Both the position numbers and the translations under genes were made by a program. From contig OY762964.1 of assembly GCA_963667035.1 (NCBI GenBank), forward strand, positions 480,001 to 544,000: a DNA stretch of 64,000 bases. The letters are read 5' to 3'. The notes under the pieces were generated by a model. That model was not told where the DNA came from. It was given only the letters and a program-made list of their open reading frames with translations, and searched no databases. Position 1 is the first letter of the stretch, and every line of letters begins with the position of its first letter. The DNA is from Candidatus Cloacimonadales bacterium. Its GTDB lineage: Bacteria > Cloacimonadota > Cloacimonadia > Cloacimonadales > JAFGVF01. Below are positions 19,817-29,804 of the stretch, piece by piece.

Positions 19817-22243
19817 TTACTTCACTACCATCATCTTTCCAATGGCTTCACTACCTTCACAGCTGACTTTATAGAAGTATATCCCCGATGCTACAGATTT
19901 ACGATTATTATCCTTGCAATCCCATACTTGTGAGTAATACTCACCGGACTGCTTATCCTCGGATGATAAACCTGCACTTCTTACTAACTGTGAGAAACTC
20001 TGAGTTATCTTAATATCTCTAACCTTCTGACCTTTGATATTGTAAATCTCTAAGGTTGGTCTCTCTATAGGTTTCTTTGGTAATGTAAACTCAATGAATG
20101 CTACTTTCCCATTATTACCGTTAGGTGTTACCGGATTAGGAAAATGAGATACTTTTATTGCAGAAGGAGGGGTGGGGGCTGTTTCATTGTAAATATCTAC
20201 AGTAGGATTATATTCATGTGCTCCCATATCTATTATATTACCCCATACTCTCGGATTACCCGTTATATCCAATGCCGGTAAGTTCATACCTAGTGTATCA
20301 GGTGTTCCTGCATTCACACATGGAGAATTCTCTGTTAGTTGTACCCATCTTGTATCACCAACAGGTATATCACCTTCTACATCTCCACGAAACATCGGAT
20401 TTGCATCAATATTATTTACTCCCCACAATACATTATTGTTGGGATTATCAGCTCCCGGTACTCCTGAAATTCCGTTTCTTACAAGACTGTAATCTATATC
20501 AATATTCGACCATAATGGATTAGTATCTCCTTCTGCTGGAACCCATACACCCATTTCATAAGCTCCGTCAGGATTATAAATAATGCTGTTTCTGATAGTA
20601 TAATCCCCTCCAAATCTAGTCATTGCTATTGGACCTGTATTATGAGCAATTGTCATATTATTAACAAAACACTCATTATGATAAGATGATAACAGAACCA
20701 TTGGCATCCAACTGGTAAAAGATGAAGAGTTGTTATATACAAGTAGATTATTGAGCTCTATATTTCCAACAGTTTCGCTATAACTTGGATTACTATACTG
20801 AAAAATTGTTCCAACTCGATCAACGGTAGTATTTGAGATTACTATATTTGTTGCAGTAACATCACTTCTATCTAACATAACTAATAATGATGTGTTTTCA
20901 TCGTTAACGGTATAAATGTCATTAACCAGAAAATTGTTTATCACTAAATTGTCACACTCATAGAGCATTATACAATTAACACTTTCTTCATAGTTTACAA
21001 TATCCTTAGCGATAATGTTTTCTATTATACTATTATCACAAAATAGGAGACTTAATCCGCATTTTTCATTATAATTATCTGAAAAAATAATGTCATGAAT
21101 ATATAGATTGTTACACCAATTTATTCCCAAGGAGGGCGGGGCGTCAGATTCAACAAATGAAGACTTAAATCGTCCAATCTCAATGTGCTCAGCAGTCTTT
21201 ATATAAATACAGTTTGAATCATATACATCTCCAATAACTACATCTTCATTAGTATTGCCAGCCCCAAGTAACTTAGTGTGTGATTGCATTGATATAGGAA
21301 AGAATTGATTATTGTATACGTTATATGTACCGGGAAGTAGATGGATGGTATTAGGATTCAAACTATTCGGTTGAACAATCCTATTTGCATAAGCAATTGT
21401 TTGTAAAGCAGTTTCGGGAGTAAGACCATCATTGTTATCATTACCAAGAGGAGAGACATATAAATCAGAGTCAATCTGTATGATATATGGATTTAACACT
21501 GATACGTGAGGTGGCGGTGTTTCATTGCTAACAAATGAAATGAAATATCCGTCTGGTTCATCTATAATAATGCTGAGAGTATCAAGAATAATATCAGTAC
21601 TTATAGAAAACTGTAGATAAATATCCTGCACAGCACTATAATTATTGTAAATACTATTTAAGTTGATGGAATCAAAGTATACAGTTCCTTCATGTACTCC
21701 AAGACCACCGCCCCAACCTTTAGCTATGTTGTTTCTTATAATATTGCCAGATAAAGAGATATAGCTATTCTCATACACTCCTATACCCCCAGAATGACTA
21801 GAAGTACTATTCTGAATAATGGAATTATTTAATTCTAGCTGACTGTTATCGTGAACAAGAATGGCTCCACCATAATCATAGTTTTCATTGTAATGATACC
21901 CAATACCGTTTTCCATTAGAAATCCATTAATAATTACATTTGAATTTGTTTCTATCCTAATGCAATTTGACAGAAAGTTAGCATCAATTATTGTGTTTAG
22001 GACATCGTCCCAGTTATTAGTTATCTCATATTGACTTTGTAGTGTTACCGTCTTCTCAAGAATGTCAATATGTTCAAAATATCTACCGGGATAAACATGA
22101 ATGATATCACCATTATTTGCATCATCAACTGCCGATTGGATAGAAGTATATGAATGAGTACCGTCCAGTGATACTTCTCTTAAAGTTGAGTTAAGAAAAC
22201 ATAACGAGACAATAAATACTGTAAGTAATAAAACTCTTCTCAT
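19817..22243 (-). CDS. Secreted right-handed beta-helix (DUF1565/pectin-lyase-like) protein with C-terminal sorting domain, paralog 1
   Basis: Signal peptide, SIQSAVD..GD.I.V.PG.Y, GGAI/GGGL repeats, LYVSPLGND, SPCVNAG..DMGAHE, CTD ending KMMVVK. Confidence 0.85.
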   Translation of the reverse strand: MRRVLLLTVFIVSLCFLNSTLREVSLDGTHSYTSIQSAVDDANNGDIIHVYPGRYFEHIDILEKTVTLQSQYEITNNWDDVLNTIIDANFLSNCIRIETNSNVIINGFLMENGIGYHYNENYDYGGAILVHDNSQLELNNSIIQNSTSSHSGGIGVYENSYISLSGNIIRNNIAKGWGGGLGVHEGTVYFDSINLNSIYNNYSAVQDIYLQFSISTDIILDTLSIIIDEPDGYFISFVSNETPPPHVSVLNPYIIQIDSDLYVSPLGNDNNDGLTPETALQTIAYANRIVQPNSLNPNTIHLLPGTYNVYNNQFFPISMQSHTKLLGAGNTNEDVVIGDVYDSNCIYIKTAEHIEIGRFKSSFVESDAPPSLGINWCNNLYIHDIIFSDNYNEKCGLSLLFCDNSIIENIIAKDIVNYEESVNCIMLYECDNLVINNFLVNDIYTVNDENTSLLVMLDRSDVTATNIVISNTTVDRVGTIFQYSNPSYSETVGNIELNNLLVYNNSSSFTSWMPMVLLSSYHNECFVNNMTIAHNTGPIAMTRFGGDYTIRNSIIYNPDGAYEMGVWVPAEGDTNPLWSNIDIDYSLVRNGISGVPGADNPNNNVLWGVNNIDANPMFRGDVEGDIPVGDTRWVQLTENSPCVNAGTPDTLGMNLPALDITGNPRVWGNIIDMGAHEYNPTVDIYNETAPTPPSAIKVSHFPNPVTPNGNNGKVAFIEFTLPKKPIERPTLEIYNIKGQKVRDIKITQSFSQLVRSAGLSSEDKQSGEYYSQVWDCKDNNRKSVASGIYFYKVSCEGSEAIGKMMVVK

Positions 22244-22262
22244 AGTTCCTGCTTTTTATATA

Positions 22263-22345
22263 TACCGGGTACGCGGACATCCTTGTCCGCAATCTTTGCA
22301 GGCAAGATGCCTGCGAACAAAGAAGGGTAGGATATAGCTGCCCCC
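22263..22345. repeat. REP-like (BIME/REPIN-like) hairpin cluster
   Basis: GGTA-CGCGGACA-TCCT-TGTCCGC, an inverted GCAGGCA-AGA-TGCCTGC and a degenerate third hairpin. Confidence 0.8.
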
Positions 22346-22358
22346 AATATCTATAGTT

Positions 22359-22391
22359 TTATTTGAGTAGCATCATTTTCTTTGTCAAGAT
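22359..22391 (-). pseudogene. Orphan 3' tail (ILTKKMMLLK*) of the 24987-type gene
   Basis: ttatttgagtagcatcattttctttgtcaagat vs ttatttaagtaacatcattttctttgtcaagat at 24987..25019 (31/33 identical). Confidence 0.85.
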
Positions 22392-22436
22392 TTCCTCTTC
22401 TATAAAAAATATTGTGTAAATTATAAACATTTGCGA

Positions 22437-24869
22437 CTATTTCACCACCATCATCTTTCCAATCGCCTCACTTCCTTCACAGCTGACTTTATAGAAGTAT
22501 ATCCCTGATGCTACAGATTTACGATTATTATCCTTGCAATCCCATACTTGTGAGTAATACTCTCCGGCTTGCTTATCCTCGGATGATAAACCTGCACTTC
22601 TTACTAACTGTGAGAAACTCTGAGTTATCTTAATATCTATAACCTTTTGCCCTCTGATATTATAAATCTCTAAGGTTGGTCTCTCTATAGGTTTCTTTGG
22701 TAATGTAAACTCAATGAATGCTACTTTCCCATTATTACCGTTAGGTGTTACAGGATTAGGAAAATGAGATACTTGTATCGAAGAAAGTGGGGTTGGTGCT
22801 GTTTCATTGTAAACATCTACAGTAGGATTATATTCATGTGCTCCCATATCTATTATATTACCCCATACTCTCGGATTACCCGTTATATCCAATGCCGGTA
22901 AGTTCATACCTAGTGTATCAGGTGTTCCGGTATTCACACATGGAGAATTCTCTGTTAGTTGTACCCATCTCGGGTCTCCAACAGGTATATCACCTTCTAC
23001 ATCTCCACGGAACATCGGATTTGCATCAATATTATTTACTCCCCACAATACATTATTATTAGGATTATCTGCTCCCGGTACTCCTGAAATTCCGTTTCTT
23101 ACAAGACTGTAATCTATATCAGTATTCGACCATAATGGATTAGTATCTCCACTTGCCGGAGTCCAGACACTCATTTCACATCCTCCTTCCGGATTATGAA
23201 TTATACTGTTTCTGATAGCATAATCTCCTCCAAATCTTGTGATTGCTGTGGGACTTGTATTGTTTGCAATTGTCATATTATTGAGAAGACATTCATTATG
23301 ATAGGTAGAGAAGTTAAACATAGGCATATGAGCCCAATAATAAGCAGCAGTATTATTATATGCTATGAAATTACTTAATTCAAGGTTACCATATGTATAA
23401 CTGTAACTCGGATTAGAATATTGGAAGATTATACCACTTCCATAAGTTGTGCAATTTGAGATTATCATATTGTTCACAGTAACATCACTTCTGGAAAATG
23501 AAACACAATGATGAAATGCATCATAATTTGTATTTGTCACATTGTTGACAATTACGTTGCTAAAATTGATATTATCACATTCATATGTTTTTATGCAAAT
23601 TAGTCTATCAATATTGTTTTGTATATTTTTTATTGTTACATTTTCAATCAAACAATTAGAACTAGAGCTCAAATTTATTCCAGGAATATAATTGTAGTTG
23701 GTCTCAAACATCATATCATGAAGATATAATCTATTACAACTCCCTACACCTAATGTTGATTCTGTCCCGGCTTGAGAGAATGTAAATCTAATCTTGCTAA
23801 TTTCAACATTTTCAACCATGTATAGTTTAACACTATTCATACCATATATATCCCCAATGGTCACTTCTTCAATCATACTACCTGTACCAAGTAACTTAGT
23901 GTGTGATTGCATTGATATAGGAAAGAATTGATTATTGTATGTATTATATGTACCGGGAAGTAGATGAATGGTATTAGGATTCAAACTATTCGGTTGAACA
24001 ATCCTATTTGCATAAGCAATTGTTTGTAATGCCGTTTCGGGAGTAAGACCATCATTGTTATCATTACCAAGAGGAGAGACATATAAATCTGCATCAATTT
24101 GTGTTAGCCAACTGTTTTGAGCTGAAACAGCAGGTGGACTTGAGCCATCATCATGATAGTAGGAGACAAAGTAACCGTCTGGCTCATCCAATGTGATGCT
24201 TAATGTATCAAGAATAATATCTGTACTTGTAGAGAACTGTAAATATATATCCTGGACAATACTATAATTATTGTATATACTATTCAAATTAGATTGATCA
24301 AAGATTATGTCACCATTTTTGACTCCAAGACCACCACCCCAATAAATAGCCCTGTTATTTCTTATTGTATTGTTTGAGAGAGAAACAGTGCTACCATTAT
24401 TACATAAAACTCCACCATTATACATCCCATAATTATTTTCAATAATGCAGTTTACTATGTCTACATCACACTCGTTATTAATAGAAATACCGCCACCATA
24501 ACTTACATCATCTCCATAAGAAAAACCAATCCCATTAGTTAATACAAATCCATTTAACAGAACTGTGCAATTGTCCTCAATCCTAATGCAGTTTGATTGG
24601 GAGTCTGCATCAATTATTGTGTTTAGGACATCGTCCCAGTTATTAGTTATCCCATATTGGCTTCGTAGTGTTACTGTCTTCTCAAGAATGTCAATATGTT
24701 CAAAATATCTACCTGGATAAACATGAATGATATCACCATTATTCGCATCATCGACTGCCGATTGGATAGATATATATGAATGAGTACCGTCCAGTGATAC
24801 TTCTCTTAAAGTTGAGTTAAGAAAACATAACGAGACAATAAATACTGTAAGTAATAAAACTCTTCTCAT
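22437..24869 (-). CDS. Secreted beta-helix protein with C-terminal sorting domain, paralog 2
   Basis: Tandem paralog of 19817..22243 with near-identical N-terminus, internal block and C-terminus. Confidence 0.85.
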   Translation of the reverse strand: MRRVLLLTVFIVSLCFLNSTLREVSLDGTHSYISIQSAVDDANNGDIIHVYPGRYFEHIDILEKTVTLRSQYGITNNWDDVLNTIIDADSQSNCIRIEDNCTVLLNGFVLTNGIGFSYGDDVSYGGGISINNECDVDIVNCIIENNYGMYNGGVLCNNGSTVSLSNNTIRNNRAIYWGGGLGVKNGDIIFDQSNLNSIYNNYSIVQDIYLQFSTSTDIILDTLSITLDEPDGYFVSYYHDDGSSPPAVSAQNSWLTQIDADLYVSPLGNDNNDGLTPETALQTIAYANRIVQPNSLNPNTIHLLPGTYNTYNNQFFPISMQSHTKLLGTGSMIEEVTIGDIYGMNSVKLYMVENVEISKIRFTFSQAGTESTLGVGSCNRLYLHDMMFETNYNYIPGINLSSSSNCLIENVTIKNIQNNIDRLICIKTYECDNINFSNVIVNNVTNTNYDAFHHCVSFSRSDVTVNNMIISNCTTYGSGIIFQYSNPSYSYTYGNLELSNFIAYNNTAAYYWAHMPMFNFSTYHNECLLNNMTIANNTSPTAITRFGGDYAIRNSIIHNPEGGCEMSVWTPASGDTNPLWSNTDIDYSLVRNGISGVPGADNPNNNVLWGVNNIDANPMFRGDVEGDIPVGDPRWVQLTENSPCVNTGTPDTLGMNLPALDITGNPRVWGNIIDMGAHEYNPTVDVYNETAPTPLSSIQVSHFPNPVTPNGNNGKVAFIEFTLPKKPIERPTLEIYNIRGQKVIDIKITQSFSQLVRSAGLSSEDKQAGEYYSQVWDCKDNNRKSVASGIYFYKVSCEGSEAIGKMMVVK

Positions 24870-24888
24870 AGTTCCTGCTTTTTATATA

Positions 24889-24970
24889 TACCGGGTACGC
24901 GGACATCCTTGTCCGCAATCCTTGCAGGCAAGATGCCTGCGAACAAAGAAGGGTAGGACATGCCTACCCT
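24889..24970. repeat. REP-like hairpin cluster, best-preserved copy
   Basis: Three stems: GCGGACA/TGTCCGC, GCAGGCA/TGCCTGC, AGGGTAGG/CCTACCCT. Confidence 0.85.
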
Positions 24971-24986
24971 CTAACGATTATATTGT

Positions 24987-27900
24987 TTATTTAAGTAACA
25001 TCATTTTCTTTGTCAAGATTTTATCGTCTGCTTTGAGGCGATAAAAATAAACTCCGGACGAAACTTTCTTATTATCATTATCAATACCATCCCATGTAAC
25101 CGAATGATATCCCGGTTGCATCCTATCATTAATCAGAGTAGTAACTCTTTGACCTTTTACATTATAAACATTAAGCTCGACATTCGTTTCATTAGCTATA
25201 TTATAATTAATTGTTGTTGTTGGATTAAAAGGATTAGGATAGTTACCCATAAGGTTAGTTTTTAAAGGTACTAAACCATTCTCAACATCCCCTTTTTTAA
25301 ATGATACAAAGGCAACATCTGTGCTTGAATTAGGAGAGACTCGCAATTTCTTAGTCACATATCTTTTTTCAACTTCATCCATTACTGCATAATTAGATAT
25401 TCTTGATTTCGACTTGCTATATGAATATGCAAGCTGGAAAGTAAGTTCTTCACCAATTAATGAAGGATCATCAACAACATAAGCTTTCAGAATTACATCA
25501 TCGGATTTTATTACTTCAGCTCCTTTGCATTCGTTATCGACAAACACTGCAATCTCTATCGGCTTATCGCCTTCATCATAACCGTCCATGTCAAATTTAC
25601 AAACGATCGGATAATATCCGGATTGTGGTTGATATGAGAATACCGTAGGTAAATCTATTACTACAGGACTTCCATTGGAATTTGTATCTTGCCATTCTAA
25701 ATCAAAGGTACTTGTACTAGGATTACCATCACTATAATTAGTAACAAATCTCACAGCTTCACCATATTTAAAAGTAGGAGAAACTCCTACTCCCATACTA
25801 GTTAGCCAAGTAGAACCAACTGTTGACTGCCCCTGCGGACAGTTACGCTCGGAAAGATTAATTGCACACCAATCCTTAGTATCTATTCTAGAAAGCTTAT
25901 CTAAAGTATTTTGTTCAATTGCTTCAAAGATATTCTGATTACTATGTAAGAAATATCCAGCTAAAGTTCGTGCAGGTTCTCCAGCTACAGTTAACTCTTC
26001 TACCTTAACAGTTTTCTCATCATTATTTGTTGATCCTGCTTTGAAACCATCAAACTCAATATAAATTGGAGCTTCCACGACTAATTCATTTAAATCAATT
26101 AGATAGCCCATAGTAGATTTAACTGTATCATTAATGTTTTCCCAGATATTATTATCAATATCCCAAATGATAGAACCTTCAAAATCATAATCAAACTCAA
26201 TTTCAGTCAGATAAAATGGATTATCACTAAACAAATACTCACTTGCTTGTTCACCAAACACATAGTTTGCTTTAGTAAAACTGCTTCCCCTTAAACCATC
26301 AAGACCGGGTATACATACCCAGTTTATTTCGTCGGGATTAAGCTCTATAACACTGTTCTCAACAACATACTCACCATTTTCTTGAGGTAAAAATGGCTTA
26401 GCTCCAATATCCATTCTAGACATATCAGAATCTCTGTCTTCGAATTGTGTCAGCATATCTCCGTTTGTGTCTACTACGTTTTCTTTATACCAAGGAATTG
26501 TATCTCCGTCTAAATCAGGATTTCCCGAATTGATACACGGCGATTTAGTTGTGCTATTCCAGATAGGTATGTAGTTAGAGTCAAGTTGTGTACTGGTACC
26601 AGTCATGCAATTATTTCCGGTTATACTTAGATTGGAATAACAGTAAGAAAATGTGTTAAGTTGTGATAATATTTCTTGTGATAGTGAATTGTAACCAAAA
26701 ATAATACAATTAACTATATTGTTTGTTGTTGATGTATTAAGAATTAATCTACTTGGATAGATTATGTTATATATACTATTTATAACAGTATTATTAAAGA
26801 TGTCACAATTTTGGGAACTATTGATAATAACTGGAGTTGAAGTAACAACTCTAGCAAGTTCAGTAGGATTCGATAACTCAAGAATATTACTTTTTAATAA
26901 GATATCTCTATTATCAGAGCCTATTTCTGGTAACTCTTGGAGAATTCCTTCAATGAACCCAGAGAAGACGTTATTAGAAATTAGAATAGGCTCAGTAAGT
27001 TGGTCATTTCTGGTATCAAATTCTGCAATTGTATAAACATTCTTTACGTAGTTATTCATAATGCTTGATGAGTTATAGTTTCTTGTTTCATCGTAACAGT
27101 AAAGACCTGTTTCGTTCTGAAAATCATAAGTATATGATTCCTCTGATTTAAAAAAAGTAGTTTCATTATTATATTCATTAATTCTGATGTCATTCTGGAA
27201 TTTGTTATTGATTATACAAAAATCTGATGCTCTTTCTAAACAGATGCCAAATCCACATTCTGTGAATTTGTTACCATCAATAATAGTAAGATAATAGCGA
27301 TAATAACTATTATTCGCTTGGTTGAAAGCAACATCCATCTTAATTGGATACTCATTTAAGGATGAAGCTGCTTTGAATATACTATCTAAAATAATCCATT
27401 GAGGAACACTCATATTATTATTCGTATTATAAATACTATTTGCATAGTTTAAATTCTCTCTCAAATGGCTGTTACTAATACGTTCACCAAAACTACATTT
27501 TACAATTTCACAATTTCTAGTAAATGCTCTAACTCCTGCCCCAAGTCTTTCAATAGGTAGTCCAGTAGGATTTCTTTGCTGAATTGTAAATCCACCTACA
27601 ACAACTGTTGACTCATTGTAAATTGGACATGTTTGCCAGTCTGACAGGATTTCTATTCCATTTACAATCTGTTGCATATTTGGTTCAGTTACTAGAAAAC
27701 AATAATCAGTTGCGTATTCTGTAACTTCTATTGGAGAGCTATTTATATATGATTTAACAGAAACAAATTCAACTAAATCTGGAGTCTCATCATCATCATC
27801 AATTGACCTGATAATAAATGCTTGGTTGAAGTATGTTTCTATTGGCAAACCATTATTATCGTAATTCACAAAAAAATGGAACTGACTGTTCTCATTATAA

Positions 27901-28109
27901 GGACTTCCATAAGTCGTAATAACATCTGGATACCCATTGTAATGATTAGGTAAAGATGGAGCATTATTAAATGGATAGTAAAATTCATCATAATAATGTA
28001 ACAGGCTATTGTATCCAGGAACATCTGGATTCAAGTTTATTGCAATTTTTATACTATATAGCGAAATGCAAATTAATGCAACAATTATCAGTAATATAAC
28101 TTTTTTCAT
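24987..28109 (-). CDS. Large secreted protein, beta-helix-like region plus C-terminal FlgD-Ig/T9SS-A-like sorting domain
   Basis: MKKVILLIIVALICISLYS signal; SPCINSG..MDIGA; NYPNPFNPTTTI...SSGVYFYRL...KKMMLLK. Confidence 0.82.
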   Translation of the reverse strand: MKKVILLIIVALICISLYSIKIAINLNPDVPGYNSLLHYYDEFYYPFNNAPSLPNHYNGYPDVITTYGSPYNENSQFHFFVNYDNNGLPIETYFNQAFIIRSIDDDDETPDLVEFVSVKSYINSSPIEVTEYATDYCFLVTEPNMQQIVNGIEILSDWQTCPIYNESTVVVGGFTIQQRNPTGLPIERLGAGVRAFTRNCEIVKCSFGERISNSHLRENLNYANSIYNTNNNMSVPQWIILDSIFKAASSLNEYPIKMDVAFNQANNSYYRYYLTIIDGNKFTECGFGICLERASDFCIINNKFQNDIRINEYNNETTFFKSEESYTYDFQNETGLYCYDETRNYNSSSIMNNYVKNVYTIAEFDTRNDQLTEPILISNNVFSGFIEGILQELPEIGSDNRDILLKSNILELSNPTELARVVTSTPVIINSSQNCDIFNNTVINSIYNIIYPSRLILNTSTTNNIVNCIIFGYNSLSQEILSQLNTFSYCYSNLSITGNNCMTGTSTQLDSNYIPIWNSTTKSPCINSGNPDLDGDTIPWYKENVVDTNGDMLTQFEDRDSDMSRMDIGAKPFLPQENGEYVVENSVIELNPDEINWVCIPGLDGLRGSSFTKANYVFGEQASEYLFSDNPFYLTEIEFDYDFEGSIIWDIDNNIWENINDTVKSTMGYLIDLNELVVEAPIYIEFDGFKAGSTNNDEKTVKVEELTVAGEPARTLAGYFLHSNQNIFEAIEQNTLDKLSRIDTKDWCAINLSERNCPQGQSTVGSTWLTSMGVGVSPTFKYGEAVRFVTNYSDGNPSTSTFDLEWQDTNSNGSPVVIDLPTVFSYQPQSGYYPIVCKFDMDGYDEGDKPIEIAVFVDNECKGAEVIKSDDVILKAYVVDDPSLIGEELTFQLAYSYSKSKSRISNYAVMDEVEKRYVTKKLRVSPNSSTDVAFVSFKKGDVENGLVPLKTNLMGNYPNPFNPTTTINYNIANETNVELNVYNVKGQRVTTLINDRMQPGYHSVTWDGIDNDNKKVSSGVYFYRLKADDKILTKKMMLLK

Positions 28110-28750
28110 ATGAATCTCCAAAGGTTTAAATTAATAGAAAATTACAGACTATGTAATACATCAATAATAGAGATTAGGATTATCCAAATTAACAGAGATT
28201 CTATTTAATTGGATCCCTCATTGAGTAGATTCAAGAATCTATGTCATAATTACCCCCAATAATCAAAGCTTATTATAAGATTCCAGTTTTCACATAATCT
28301 AATAAATGGTTATAGAATATGTCATTGCATTTTTAATAACTAGTTCATTGATAGTCTATCTGGCAGTGCCAAAACTTTATATAATAAGTATATCTACTAC
28401 TAGTGATAATAAGAAATATTTATTAAATCCTAATTCTTAGTGCCAATGTTATATTATGAAAATATATGTGTCAAACAATTTTAATCTTATAAATAATAGC
28501 TAAAAACTAATATACTACCGGCAATCTCTGCTTACCCTAATTTTTCTCTATGACGACACCTGTTGATAACATGAACAATCATCTAAGAATAAATCTTTTT
28601 GGCTTCAGTGAATAAAATGAAGAAATAGACTGTGGGTTGTTACATAGTTAGTATATAGATTTTCCTTTATTATGATAAATGACTAACCAATGTAGTATAT
28701 CAACATGTACCAAGCTCAATCGATGGTAGCTTATCATTCTTCAAACCAAT

Positions 28751-28781
28751 AAAAAAAGCCCGTACTTAATCGTACGGGCTT
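28751..28781 (-). terminator. Intrinsic terminator of the oxidoreductase-mce operon
   Basis: AAGCCCGTAC/GTACGGGCTT stem plus U run on the minus strand. Confidence 0.85.
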
Positions 28782-28802
28782 AAAGAATTATCTATAAATT
28801 AC

Positions 28803-29213
28803 TTAGTCGTGATGTTTTTCCTTACAGAGTTCTAGTAATACACCACCTGTTGATTTAGGATGCAAGAAAGCTATATCAGCTCCATGTGCCCCTGGTCTGG
28901 GTTCCTTATCAATAAGGCGTATTCCTTTTTCTTCAGCTTTTTGAAGCTCAGCAGGTAAATCATCAACAGCAAGGGCTATATGCTGAATGCCTTCACCCTT
29001 TTTCTCTATGAATTTAGCCACGGGGCTATCTTCACTGGTCGGACATAGAAGTTCAAGACGGCACTCTTTTCCTACAGTGAAGAAAGCAACTTTGATTTTC
29101 TGAGATTCAACAACTTCTATACTTTCCAGTTCCAATCCCATGCTTTGATAAAATTCAATAGCTTTATCAAGGTCTTTCACTGCAATTCCGATATGACTAA
29201 GTTTATTTATCAT
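28803..29213 (-). CDS. mce: Methylmalonyl-CoA epimerase
   Basis: HIGIAV, GEGIQHIAL, GAHGADIAFLHPKSTGGVLLEL; ATG 29213 likely start. Confidence 0.95.
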   Translation of the reverse strand: MINKLSHIGIAVKDLDKAIEFYQSMGLELESIEVVESQKIKVAFFTVGKECRLELLCPTSEDSPVAKFIEKKGEGIQHIALAVDDLPAELQKAEEKGIRLIDKEPRPGAHGADIAFLHPKSTGGVLLELCKEKHHD

Positions 29214-29796
29214 CGTTAGTCTCCTCTTCATCAGAAACTTCTCGTTCTTTCAGCTCTTTAGCTGCAAAGCTGAATCCCAGTTTCATTGCTTTTATGTTTA
29301 AATCAACAAAAGCAGGTTTAACTGTTGAACGGATAGCTTTCTCAAGAGATTTCTCATCAACAATTCCCGATATTTTTACCAAGAATGATAATGAAAGAAT
29401 ATTTGTCACAAGTTCTGTTCCGAGTTCGTTTTGAGCAATGTCGGTGAAAGGTAGCTCATAAGTATTAGGAGCTTGAATAGCAATATGCTTAACATGAGAT
29501 GAATCAACAATAAGGATTCCACCCGGTTTAAGATCAAGAACGTATTTATCACAAGCTTCCTGAGTCAGACTAAGAAGTATGTCCTGTCTGATTGCTTCAG
29601 GGAAGTTAATATCTTCGTTACTGATAATAACATCGGCTCTTGAATAACCACCGCGTGATTCAGGTCCGTAACTTTGAGTTTGAGTTACTTTGTTGCCTTC
29701 TAAAACTGCGGCATTGGCAAGGATAATTCCACCAAGGATGAGTCCCTGACCACCACTTCCACTGAGTCTGATCTCTTTGAATAATGTTTCGCTCAT
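29203..29796 (-). CDS. korC: 2-oxoacid:ferredoxin oxidoreductase gamma subunit
   Basis: GSGGQG, QSYGPESRGG. Confidence 0.9.
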   Translation of the reverse strand: MSETLFKEIRLSGSGGQGLILGGIILANAAVLEGNKVTQTQSYGPESRGGYSRADVIISNEDINFPEAIRQDILLSLTQEACDKYVLDLKPGGILIVDSSHVKHIAIQAPNTYELPFTDIAQNELGTELVTNILSLSFLVKISGIVDEKSLEKAIRSTVKPAFVDLNIKAMKLGFSFAAKELKEREVSDEEETNDDK

Positions 29797-29804
29797 GGGT
29801 ACTC

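Noticed and set aside
19817..24869. Diversity-generating retroelement (TR/VR pair)
   Set aside because: No reverse transcriptase in the window; both copies are full genes and the differences are not adenine-specific
28122..28750. 630-bp AT-rich intergenic region as a hidden element
   Set aside because: No convincing repeat, ORF remnant or stable structure found by eye
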